Shown here in pieces: positions 38,666 to 47,215 of a stretch of 64,000 nucleotides of DNA. The stretch comes from an uncultured bacterium. Its GTDB lineage: Bacteria > Patescibacteriota > Minisyncoccia > Moranbacterales > GWC2-37-73. A program made the translations under genes and the position numbers. The stretch spans positions 28,289 through 92,288 of the forward strand of contig CAINNK010000045.1 in assembly GCA_903851135.1 (NCBI GenBank). Reading direction: 5' to 3'. The notes under the pieces were generated by a model. The model did not search any database, was not told the DNA's origin, and saw only the letters and a list, made by a program, of their open reading frames with translations. How positions within the stretch are numbered: the stretch's first letter is position 1; each line of letters opens with the position of its first letter.

Positions 38666-39445
38666 ATGGTAGAAAAAAATGCGCAAACAGCTGCTCCTCA
38701 GGCGGTTGTGGCAAAAAAAATGGTTGAGCGAGAAAGCTATTTCGCTTCTCTTGATGCGTCCAAAATTGAATTTACACTCGAAGAAATGATGAAAAATGGA
38801 GTTCATTTTGGTCATCAAAAAGCTCGTCGCAATCCAAAGATGGATGAATATATTTTCACCACTCGCAAGGGTATTAACATTATCGACTTGCAAAAGACGC
38901 AGGAAAAAATGCAAGAAGCGATTGATTTTATTAAAGCTTTGAAAAAAAGCGGTAAAAGCGTTCTTTTCGTGGGAACTAAGATTCAAGCCAAGGACTTGAT
39001 TCGCGATGTGGCTCAAGTCAGTGGGATGCCGTTTGTGACCGAAAGATGGCTTGGCGGAACTTTCACAAATTTCAAAATTATTCGCGGGCGAACTCGCTAC
39101 TTGGTAGAATCACAAGATAAACTTGCTCGCAACGAATACAAGAAATACACCAAGTTTGAACAGATGAAAAAGATTGAAGAGCTTGAAAAAATGGAAAAAC
39201 GCATGGGCGGAATTAAATTCATGACTGAACTTCCAGGTGCAATTTTTGCAGCTAGCATTAAAGAAGATAACTTGGCTATTATTGAAGCTCGTAAAATGGG
39301 CGTGCCAGTAATTGCTATCGCTGACACCAACACTGATCCGACTAAAATAGATTTCCCAATTCCAGCTAACGACGATGCAATTTCTTCACTGCGACTTATT
39401 CTTTCTTATGTCTTTAAGGCAATTGTAGAAGCGCAAAATAAATAG
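38666..39445 (+). CDS. rpsB: 30S ribosomal protein S2
   Basis: 'GVHFGH', 'RWLGGTFTN', 'DTNTDP..PANDD'. Confidence 0.97.
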   Translation: MVEKNAQTAAPQAVVAKKMVERESYFASLDASKIEFTLEEMMKNGVHFGHQKARRNPKMDEYIFTTRKGINIIDLQKTQEKMQEAIDFIKALKKSGKSVLFVGTKIQAKDLIRDVAQVSGMPFVTERWLGGTFTNFKIIRGRTRYLVESQDKLARNEYKKYTKFEQMKKIEELEKMEKRMGGIKFMTELPGAIFAASIKEDNLAIIEARKMGVPVIAIADTNTDPTKIDFPIPANDDAISSLRLILSYVFKAIVEAQNK

Positions 39446-39526
39446 ATAAATTTTTAATTTTTAATTTTTAATTTTTAATCAAATCTGAATGCTTTAATGT
39501 TTTAATTATTAGGACATTGAATAATT

Positions 39527-39557
39527 TCCGCCAAAGGCGGATCAGCCTAGAGCTGAC
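39527..39557. repeat. REP-like double hairpin embedded in an AT-rich heptamer array
   Basis: TCCGCCAAAGGCGGA followed by TCAGCCTAGAGCTGA. Confidence 0.65.
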
Positions 39558-39599
39558 ATTTCAAATTTTAAATTTAAAATTTCAAATTAATGTATTGAC

Positions 39600-40178
39600 A
39601 TGTTGGAATTGATCAAAAAAATAAGAGAAAAAACTGGGGCTGGCATGGTGGCAGTCAAAAAAGCTATTGACGAAGCTGGTGGAAACGAAGAAAAGGCGAT
39701 TGAAATCTTGCGAAAGCAAGGCGCTGGCAAGGCGCTAAAGCGAGCTGAAAAAGAAGCCAAGGAGGGTGTGATAGTTTCTTATATCCACTCAAATAACAAA
39801 GTTGGAACTTTGATTAAACTGCTTTGTGAAACTGATTTTGTGGCTCGCAATGATGAATTTCAACAACTAGCCAAAGACATCGCGATGCATGTGACAGCGC
39901 TTAATCCGAAGTTTATCAAGCCAGAGGATGTTTCAATTGAAATTATTGAAAAAGAAAAAGAAATTTGGGCAGCTCAGTTGGCTCAAGAGGGGAAACCCGC
40001 TGAAATGCTTGAAAAGATTATGGCTGGTAAGGAAAAGAAATTTCGAGAAGAGTCAGCGCTTTTGACCCAAGCTTTCGTGAAAGATCCACAGAAGACAGTA
40101 GGCGACTTGATTGTGGAAAATGTTGGCAAGATGGGCGAGAACATCCAGATTGGCGAAATGGTTCGTTTTGAGTTATAG
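39600..40178 (+). CDS. tsf: Elongation factor Ts (short form)
   Basis: 'IREKTGAGM', 'CETDFVARN', 'GENIQI..RF'. Confidence 0.96.
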   Translation: MLELIKKIREKTGAGMVAVKKAIDEAGGNEEKAIEILRKQGAGKALKRAEKEAKEGVIVSYIHSNNKVGTLIKLLCETDFVARNDEFQQLAKDIAMHVTALNPKFIKPEDVSIEIIEKEKEIWAAQLAQEGKPAEMLEKIMAGKEKKFREESALLTQAFVKDPQKTVGDLIVENVGKMGENIQIGEMVRFEL

Positions 40179-40221
40179 GCTGTTGTAGTAAAATTCAAAG
40201 ATTAATCTAGGGTTAAAAAAT

Positions 40222-40998
40222 ATGTATACATATGCAGTCCGTGTTTATAGTTGGGAGCCTGCTCGAAAGTGTTTGAGCGAGCTTGAACTTGTTGATGGTG
40301 ACATGGTGGTGGTCAAAGATGATGCAGGACTTGAAATAGGTTTGATTGAAAGAAATGATAAACTGGTCAAAGACGAAAGAAACACCTCAATTATTCGCAA
40401 GGCTTCTGCTAGAGATATTGAGACCTATGAAAAGAACAAAGAGAAAAAGGTGGAAATTTTAAAATTGAGTAAAAGTGAAATCAAACGGCTTGATTTGAAT
40501 ATGAAGCTGGTTGATGCTCACATCAGTCTGGATGGGAACAGTGCAATCGTGTTGTTTACTTCAGATGAGCGAGTTGATTTTAGGGATTTGGTGAAAAATC
40601 TTTCTAGAATTTTTCATCGCAGTGTGCGGATGCATCAAGTTGGCTCACGGGATGAGGCTAGGAAATTGGGTGGTTGTGGTGTTTGTGGCCGAGATCTTTG
40701 TTGCCTGCGTTTTCCAGGGAGTTTGCCAAGCATTTCAATTGATATGGCCAGAGTTCAGCAAGTTGCGCATCGTGGAAGTGAAAGAATTTCTGGCGTATGT
40801 GGCCGTCTGATGTGTTGCCTCTCCTATGAAGCTGGTCAATATCAACAAATGCTAGCAGGAATGCCTGAAGTGCATAGCAGTGTGCGGTTGAAAGAAGGAA
40901 AAGGTGAAGTTATTGAGCTTAATGCGCTTACTTGTGACATTAAAGTTCGTCTGACTGACGGAACAATTGTGTTGGTGAAAAAAGAAGAATTGCTCTGA
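40222..40998 (+). CDS. PSP1/RicT (YaaT)-like protein
   Basis: 'RVDFRDLVK', 'GGCGVCGRDLCC', 'SGVCGRLMCCLSYE'. Confidence 0.92.
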   Translation: MYTYAVRVYSWEPARKCLSELELVDGDMVVVKDDAGLEIGLIERNDKLVKDERNTSIIRKASARDIETYEKNKEKKVEILKLSKSEIKRLDLNMKLVDAHISLDGNSAIVLFTSDERVDFRDLVKNLSRIFHRSVRMHQVGSRDEARKLGGCGVCGRDLCCLRFPGSLPSISIDMARVQQVAHRGSERISGVCGRLMCCLSYEAGQYQQMLAGMPEVHSSVRLKEGKGEVIELNALTCDIKVRLTDGTIVLVKKEELL

Positions 40999-41024
40999 TA
41001 TTTTGCAAACTAATTACACGTCAA

Positions 41025-41678
41025 ATGTTATATTATATTTTACCACCATTTATTATCGTTATCAGCGCCGGCGCCTTGGTGATGTTTTTGTTTCGCAAAA
41101 TGGAAAACGTTGCTGAGGATGAAATTTCGAGTCCAGTTTCACTGCAAAAAGCAACTGGCAAATTTGAGTCTTTCAAATCTTGGCTAAGTCAGTTTGGATT
41201 GAAAATGTTGGAAAAATTAATGCACAGAGCAAAATTGTTTGCCTTGAAATTTCACAATTCTAGTAATGAGCTCTTTCATTCAATCAAAGAAAAAAGGGAG
41301 AAAAAAATGAAAGTTATGCAAGAAGCAAAACAACAAGAACCTGAAGTTTTGCAGCAAATCAGTCAGGTTTTGCAAGCATCGGATGATGATCGCCCAAGAG
41401 TAAAAGAAATGGTGCATCCTTCGAGTCATCAAGTTCCAGCCAATGCAACTCAAAAAGCGAAGGCGAGAGCAGCTAAAGACAAGTTGGAAGAAGCGCTTAT
41501 TAGGCGAATCGCCATTAATCCTCGCGACATCGAAGCGTATGAGCGGTTGGGTGATTATTATATGGAAAGAGAAAATTATCGTGATTCATTGGAGTGCTTT
41601 AAACAAGTTTTGAAATTGAGCCCAGCTCATCACAAGGCTAGAACCCGAATCCGAAAATTGGAAAGTCTCTTGAAATAA
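41025..41678 (+). CDS. Membrane-anchored TPR protein
   Basis: N-terminal TM; 'NPRDIEAYERLGDYY..FKQVLKLSP' TPR. Confidence 0.8.
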   Translation: MLYYILPPFIIVISAGALVMFLFRKMENVAEDEISSPVSLQKATGKFESFKSWLSQFGLKMLEKLMHRAKLFALKFHNSSNELFHSIKEKREKKMKVMQEAKQQEPEVLQQISQVLQASDDDRPRVKEMVHPSSHQVPANATQKAKARAAKDKLEEALIRRIAINPRDIEAYERLGDYYMERENYRDSLECFKQVLKLSPAHHKARTRIRKLESLLK

Positions 41679-41738
41679 GGAAAAAAACAGAAATACTTGT
41701 CTTTTGTTGAAATTTGTTTATAATGGATAGAATGTAGT

Positions 41739-41810
41739 GCCACCCTAGCTCAACGGTAGAGCTACTGTTTTGTAAACAGTAGGTTATCGGTTCAAATCCG
41801 GTGGGTGGCT
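41739..41810 (+). tRNA. tRNA-Thr(TGT)
   Basis: Cloverleaf; anticodon arm ACTGT-TTTGTAA-ACAGT. Confidence 0.95.
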
Positions 41811-41923
41811 CAAGGAGATGTAGAATGTATTATGTAGAAATGTATGATGTATTTTGTAGTATGTATAATGTATGTGATTTAATGCATGATACTTTATACA
41901 AAATACATAATACTTGAGCCCAG

Positions 41924-42006
41924 GGGTAGATACCAAAGTGGTCAACTGGATCTGGCTGTAAACCAGACGGCTTACGCCTTCGGGGGTTCGAATCCCTCTC
42001 TGCCCA
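41924..42006 (+). tRNA. tRNA-Tyr(GTA)
   Basis: Cloverleaf with long variable arm; TCTGG-CTGTAAA-CCAGA. Confidence 0.95.
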
Positions 42007-42065
42007 CAAAATTTAAAACAAATGCCCCTCAAGGCATTGGTTTTTAATTTTGTATGATAGTGAAA

Positions 42066-42205
42066 AGGGATTCGAACCGGCAGCAGTGAGCTAGAAATTT
42101 TTCAGTAGGAAAATTTCGCAGCGAACGCCGACAAATGCGGATGAGCATTTGGCGCTGCCGCGGACAAGGAGTTTGTGAGTGTCGACGAACAAACGATGCG
42201 ACGCT
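42066..42205 (-). repeat. GC-rich structured element related to family A, in opposite orientation
   Basis: GAGCTAGAAATTTTTCAGTAGGAAAATTTCGCAGCG resembles the reverse complement of the family A core, GAGCTTTTTCAGCAGAAAAAGTGCAGCG. Confidence 0.5.
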
Positions 42206-42244
42206 TATTTCTTAACCCAGTTCTTATCACTACCAAATTGTATT

Positions 42245-42317
42245 GCCGTTGTAGCTCAGTTGGTAGAGCACATCCTTGGTAGGGATGAGGTCTGCGGTCC
42301 GATTCCGCACAACGGCT
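42245..42317 (+). tRNA. tRNA-Thr(GGT)
   Basis: Cloverleaf; CATCC-TTGGTAG-GGATG; T-loop TCCGATT. Confidence 0.92.
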
Positions 42318-42337
42318 CAGGAAATTTAAAAGGTATG

Positions 42338-42456
42338 GCGCCCCAGCACCAAATTCCGAAAAGAATTTGAGGTTGGATAAAATTTTCTTCACGGAAACGC
42401 CTCCGGCTTAGGTTAGTAATAATTGTAAATTTTAATAAAGAATTGGTGCGGGACGC
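42338..42456. repeat. Inverted-repeat-bounded element upstream of rpmG
   Basis: GCGCCCCAGCACCAAATTC...GAATTGGTGCGGGACGC. Confidence 0.6.
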
Positions 42457-42491
42457 TCATATTTGTAGCTGTTCGTACCTCACAGACAAAT

Positions 42492-42656
42492 ATGGCGACA
42501 AAGACAAAGGAAAATTTGGTGAAACTGAAATGTAGTGAATGCAAAAACATCACCTATTACACTTCACGCAACAAGAAAATTATCAAGGAAAAACTTGAGC
42601 TCAGCAAGTATTGCAAATTCTGCCGCAAGCACACAAACCACAAGGAAATGAAGTAG
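42492..42656 (+). CDS. rpmG: 50S ribosomal protein L33 (absent from the ORF track)
   Basis: MATKTKENLVKLKCSECKNITYYTSRNKKIIKEKLELSKYCKFCRKHTNHKEMK. Confidence 0.96.
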   Translation: MATKTKENLVKLKCSECKNITYYTSRNKKIIKEKLELSKYCKFCRKHTNHKEMK

Positions 42657-42691
42657 TTTATATTGGGCGGGCTTTGCCCGTCTTTATATTT

Positions 42692-42762
42692 GCGGGTGTC
42701 GTATAGTGGTAGTACGTCGGTCTCCAAAACCGTTGGCGGGAGTTCGATTCTCTCCACCCGTG
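42692..42762 (+). tRNA. tRNA-Trp(CCA)
   Basis: Cloverleaf; TCGGT-CTCCAAA-ACCGT; follows rpmG as in the canonical rpmG-trpT-secE locus. Confidence 0.95.
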
Positions 42763-42823
42763 CAAACTTACAAGGTTCTCAAAAGACCGGTTACCCATGC
42801 TGGGAAAGGCCTTGAAAACCCAG

Positions 42824-42855
42824 AAAACACGACTTTTCAATAGGTCGTGTTTTTT
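42824..42855 (+). terminator. Intrinsic terminator after tRNA-Trp
   Basis: AAAACACGAC..GTCGTGTTTTTT. Confidence 0.7.
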
Positions 42856-43009
42856 GTATTTCAGTGGTGTCTAACCACCTCCTAGTAGTTGGAATCGAAC
42901 TTGTTTTTTATTAGTCCATCTCTTATTTAAATTCCTTGAGTTAACGCCTATTAAGTGATACCATAAAAACACAGAAAAACATTAAAAATAGCTAAATTTG
43001 TCTTAATAA

Positions 43010-44587
43010 ATGGAAATTAATTTTATGTCAAAAGAAACAAAAACAACCAACAATAAATCTCTTGAGCAGTGGATCTGGGATTCGGCTTGTGCTATTCGTG
43101 GCGCCAAGGATGCAGGAAAATTCAAGGATTATATTTTGCCACTTATTTTTGTAAAAAGGCTTTGTGATGTTTTTGATGACGAAATAAACAGAATTGCTAA
43201 AGGTGGATCAAGAATTGAAGCACTAAAACGCATTGACGCCGATCATTCACGCGTTCGTTTTTATATCCCAATTCGTCCAAAAAATTCAGAAACGGAAGAT
43301 TCTTGGAATGCAATTCGTTCACTTTCAAGCAATATTGGTGAAGAACTCACGCGCATTATTCGAGAAATTGCTTCGCATAATTCAATTCTTGATGGCGTTA
43401 TTGATACTGTTGATTATAACGCCACCACTCGCGGACAAAGAGAAATCGACGACGATCGTCTTTCAAATCTTATTGAAGCCATAAGTCAAAAAAGACTTGG
43501 ACTTCATGATGTTGAACCCGACATCATTGGTCGCAGTTATGAATATTTGATTCGCAAATTTGCAGAAGGATCAGGACAATCAGCTGGCGAATTCTACACT
43601 CCTCGCGAAGTCGGAATGATCATGGCAAGTATAATGGATGCTGAACCAGGCATGGATGTTTATGATCCAACTTGCGGATCAGCCGGACTTCTTATCAAAT
43701 GCGAATTAGCACTCAAGGAAAAACAAGAAAAGCTAGGCACAAAAACTTTTGCTCCACTTCATCTTTATGGTCAGGAATATACTCCGACAAGTTGGGCTAT
43801 GGCAAAAATGAATATGATTATTCATGACATGGAGGGAGATGTTGAACTTGGCGACACATTCAATAATCCAAAATTCAAAGATGCCACTGGCCACGGAATC
43901 AAAAAGTTTGATTTAGCAGTTGCAAATCCGATGTGGAATCAATCGGGATTTAATGAAGAAATTTATACAAATGACGCCTATCATCGTTTTCCTGCTGGAA
44001 ATCCGGGTGGAAAAGCCGATTGGGGATGGGTGCAACATATTTTTTCAAGCCTAAAAGACAGTGGACGAGCTGCAGTTGTCTTGGACACTGGCGCTGCTTC
44101 GCGTGGCAGTGGCAACGCAAACACCAACAAAGAAAAAGATGTGCGCAAATGGTTCATTGAACAAGATTTGATTGAAGGGATTTTATATCTTCCAGAAAAT
44201 TTGTTCTACAACACCACCGCTCCGGGAATTATTGTTTTCATTAACAAAAACAAATCTGCAAAATTGAAAGATAAAATTTTCCTTATAAATGCTGGTAAAG
44301 AATTCATCAAAGGTGATCCAAAAAATTATGTTTCTGATGAGCAGATGAAAAAAATTGTTGAAGCATATAGCACTAAAAGGGTTATTGATAATTTTAGCGT
44401 GTTTGTCGGCAAAGATGAAATTATTAAAAATGATTATAATATTTCACCTTCACGATATATCCATATTGGCGATGTTGCAGAATATGAAACAGTTGAAAAT
44501 ATTTTAAGTAAACTTGCGGAAGTTGAATTGAAAGCTAAAGCGGCAGATAAAAATTTACAAAAAGTTTTGAAGGAACTTGGATTTTAA
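43010..44587 (+). CDS. hsdM: Type I RM methyltransferase subunit
   Basis: 'GEFYTPREV', 'YDPTCGSAG', motif IV 'ANPMW', 'LPENLFYNT'. Confidence 0.93.
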   Translation: MEINFMSKETKTTNNKSLEQWIWDSACAIRGAKDAGKFKDYILPLIFVKRLCDVFDDEINRIAKGGSRIEALKRIDADHSRVRFYIPIRPKNSETEDSWNAIRSLSSNIGEELTRIIREIASHNSILDGVIDTVDYNATTRGQREIDDDRLSNLIEAISQKRLGLHDVEPDIIGRSYEYLIRKFAEGSGQSAGEFYTPREVGMIMASIMDAEPGMDVYDPTCGSAGLLIKCELALKEKQEKLGTKTFAPLHLYGQEYTPTSWAMAKMNMIIHDMEGDVELGDTFNNPKFKDATGHGIKKFDLAVANPMWNQSGFNEEIYTNDAYHRFPAGNPGGKADWGWVQHIFSSLKDSGRAAVVLDTGAASRGSGNANTNKEKDVRKWFIEQDLIEGILYLPENLFYNTTAPGIIVFINKNKSAKLKDKIFLINAGKEFIKGDPKNYVSDEQMKKIVEAYSTKRVIDNFSVFVGKDEIIKNDYNISPSRYIHIGDVAEYETVENILSKLAEVELKAKAADKNLQKVLKELGF

Positions 44588-44591
44588 ACAT

Positions 44592-45251
44592 ATGAACATA
44601 ATTGATCAAAAAATTATAGAAAGAATTGCACAATTGGAAGAAAAGGCCATGAGAGTAAAATCAACTCACACGCCAAATCCTTCAAATGTTATTGGATTTC
44701 CAACTTTGGATAGTGGCTCCTTAAATGAATGGAAGGTGAGCGCTGAGAATTTAATAATTAAAGTTGCCGGAAAAGAAAGCTCATATTATGAAAATTTTAT
44801 CAGAGCAGTTAAAGGTGGCTATCAGAGCAGTGTTGATTCAGGAGTAGGAATTCTTAGAGGTTTAAAAGATGATATTGAACAGGGATTTCTTGTCTCTGTG
44901 CAGGATTTGGTGAAAGCTGAGGTCTTTGCTGATTTTTTGGAGATAGCAGGACATCTGCTTGATAATAATTATAAGGATCCAGCAGCCTCTTTGATTGGAG
45001 CCACTCTTGAAAAAAGTTTAAAAGATATTGCTACAAAAAACTGCATTGCTTTTTCAAAAAGAGACGGCATTGATGATTTGAACAAAAAATTAGCCCAAAG
45101 CAACACCTATAATGCTTTAGTTCAAAAGCAAATAGATGTTTGGCGAACGATTAGAAATTCTGCAGATCATGGAAAATTCAATGATTATACAATTGACGAT
45201 GTTAAAAATATGAAAGCCGGAATTGAAAGCTTTTTAGCTAATTATTTATGA
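44592..45251 (+). CDS. HEPN-domain protein (DUF4145-like)
   Basis: 'PAASLIGATLE' and Rx4H motif 'IRNSADHG'. Confidence 0.75.
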   Translation: MNIIDQKIIERIAQLEEKAMRVKSTHTPNPSNVIGFPTLDSGSLNEWKVSAENLIIKVAGKESSYYENFIRAVKGGYQSSVDSGVGILRGLKDDIEQGFLVSVQDLVKAEVFADFLEIAGHLLDNNYKDPAASLIGATLEKSLKDIATKNCIAFSKRDGIDDLNKKLAQSNTYNALVQKQIDVWRTIRNSADHGKFNDYTIDDVKNMKAGIESFLANYL

Positions 45252-46501
45252 CAGTAAAAAAAGATACAACTAAAGCTTGGAATAAAGTCAAAATTAAAGA
45301 TTTTGGTACTGTTTCTACTGGCACAACTCCAAGTACAAAAAAAGAAGAATACTATGGGGGAGCCTATAAGCTAATATCCCCATCTGATCTTACTGATTCA
45401 AAATATATAACCACGGCACATAAATTCATCTCAGATGAGGGTTTAAAAGTTTCTCGAACTTTGCCGAAAAATTCAGTTTTGGTTGGATGTATTGGAAATG
45501 TTGGAAAAATAGGAATAACAACAGATGAAATTTCAACTTTCAATCAACAAATCAATGCAGTAGTTTGCAATGATAATTTTGATGCAGACTTTGTTTATTA
45601 TTTACTTAGATATAATCGACCATTATTAGAAAGTAAAGCGGCTAAAGTAACTTTGCCAATTTTAAACAAAAACAATTTTGAGAATATAGAATTTGATGTT
45701 CCTGAATTATCAGAACAAAAATTAATAGCAAAAACTCTTTCATCTGTTCAAGATGCAATTATGGGGCAAGAAGAGTTGATTGCCAAACTCAAAGATTTGA
45801 AACAATGCATGATGCAACAGCTTTTTACTCATGGCACAAAAGGTGAAAAAACAAAGATAACTGAAATTGGTGAAATCCCTGAAAGTTGGAAACTTGTGGA
45901 ATTAAAAGAAATCATAAGTTCACTTGCAGCTGGAGTCAGTGTTAATTCATATGATAGGGCTATTAAAGATGGTGAATATGGAATATTAAAAACAAGTTGT
46001 GTTACACTTGGTATTTTTGATTCACGTCAAAATAAAGCCGTCATCGAGAAAGAGGTTGCTAGATTAGCAACACCTCTCAAGTCGGATACTATAGTCATAA
46101 GCAGAATGAATACTCCCGAACTTGTTGGAGCGAATGCATATGTAAAAAATGGTAATCCGTTATTATTTCTCCCTGATCGCTTATGGCAAATAGAATTAAA
46201 AGATTATAATAAACATTCTATGCGCTGGATAGCGTATTATCTGCAGTTGATGTGGCAAAAAGGTATATTTGCAGATATTTCTTCGGGCACGAGTGCAAGT
46301 ATGAAAAATATCACCAAAGCACGATTACTTGGTCTTACTGTGGGCGTAGCTTCTTTTGATGAGCAAAGTTCTATTGCGTTAAGATTGGAGGCAATTGATG
46401 TAAGACTTGAGGTTGTTCAAGAAAAACTATCGAATTATCAAAATCTTTTTAAAACTTTGCTTCATGAATTGCTGAGCCGTAAAAGAAAAATAGCCAAATA
46501 A
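45248..46501 (+). CDS. hsdS: Type I RM specificity subunit
   Basis: Two TRDs with conserved 'P.LSEQKLI', 'GEIPESW' and 'EQSSIA' spacers. Confidence 0.93.
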   Translation: MTVKKDTTKAWNKVKIKDFGTVSTGTTPSTKKEEYYGGAYKLISPSDLTDSKYITTAHKFISDEGLKVSRTLPKNSVLVGCIGNVGKIGITTDEISTFNQQINAVVCNDNFDADFVYYLLRYNRPLLESKAAKVTLPILNKNNFENIEFDVPELSEQKLIAKTLSSVQDAIMGQEELIAKLKDLKQCMMQQLFTHGTKGEKTKITEIGEIPESWKLVELKEIISSLAAGVSVNSYDRAIKDGEYGILKTSCVTLGIFDSRQNKAVIEKEVARLATPLKSDTIVISRMNTPELVGANAYVKNGNPLLFLPDRLWQIELKDYNKHSMRWIAYYLQLMWQKGIFADISSGTSASMKNITKARLLGLTVGVASFDEQSSIALRLEAIDVRLEVVQEKLSNYQNLFKTLLHELLSRKRKIAK

Positions 46502-46502
46502 T

Positions 46503-47204
46503 ATGCCTAATATTTTTCACGAGTTTATATTGCAAATTAGTGGAGTTGCCAATGATACAGCAATTTCCAGAACTGCGCTTTGGACAGCAGGTCTTTTCGT
46601 GGCAACAATATTACTATGGTGGATCGCTAAGGGTCAATTGAGTGGCATAAATAAAACAACAAAGGCGGACTTCATAAAGAAGTTTACTGATGATTTTTTT
46701 AATGAAACTACGAGAGAAATTATTATGCTTTTCGATTATAAAGCACTAAATTTTAGAAGTTCAGAGATAGAATATGGTAAAGACATTTCGACAAAACCAT
46801 TTCCTTATTTCATGATAGACGAAAATATTGTAAAACAATTAAAAATTGACCTCAAAAAGCGAAAAGGAATATTGGATAAGGAATGCTATTCGTCTTTTGA
46901 AATAGATGATTGCTTACTTGGTTTTTTTGAAGATCTTGGTTCTTATGAGAAAAAAGGATTAATTGATATTGAGGGTGTTTATGATGGATTTGATTGGTAT
47001 ATTGATATTATTTGGAATAATTGTGAAATAAAAAATTATGCAAGGAGTCAAGCTGACGATGAAAAAGATGGTGATGATATTTATGAAAATTTTAAATATA
47101 TTTACGAAAAATGCGATTCATATGGCAAAGCAAAGCTAGCTGGTCAATGGATATGGTGGTGGAAAATAAAATGGTGGATTGATAAAATTTTTTTTAAAAT
47201 ATAG
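46503..47204 (+). CDS. Membrane-anchored hypothetical protein (DUF4760-like)
   Basis: N-terminal TM; 'LLGFFEDLG..KKGLID..Y..F..Y..F' helical pattern; Trp-rich C-terminal tail. Confidence 0.55.
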   Translation: MPNIFHEFILQISGVANDTAISRTALWTAGLFVATILLWWIAKGQLSGINKTTKADFIKKFTDDFFNETTREIIMLFDYKALNFRSSEIEYGKDISTKPFPYFMIDENIVKQLKIDLKKRKGILDKECYSSFEIDDCLLGFFEDLGSYEKKGLIDIEGVYDGFDWYIDIIWNNCEIKNYARSQADDEKDGDDIYENFKYIYEKCDSYGKAKLAGQWIWWWKIKWWIDKIFFKI

Positions 47205-47215
47205 ACAAAAATAAT

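Noticed and set aside
41784-42840. ORFs 41784-42032, 42102-42392, 42179-42370, 42557-42757 and 42658-42840
   Set aside because: Shadow ORFs over tRNA genes, repeats and rpmG
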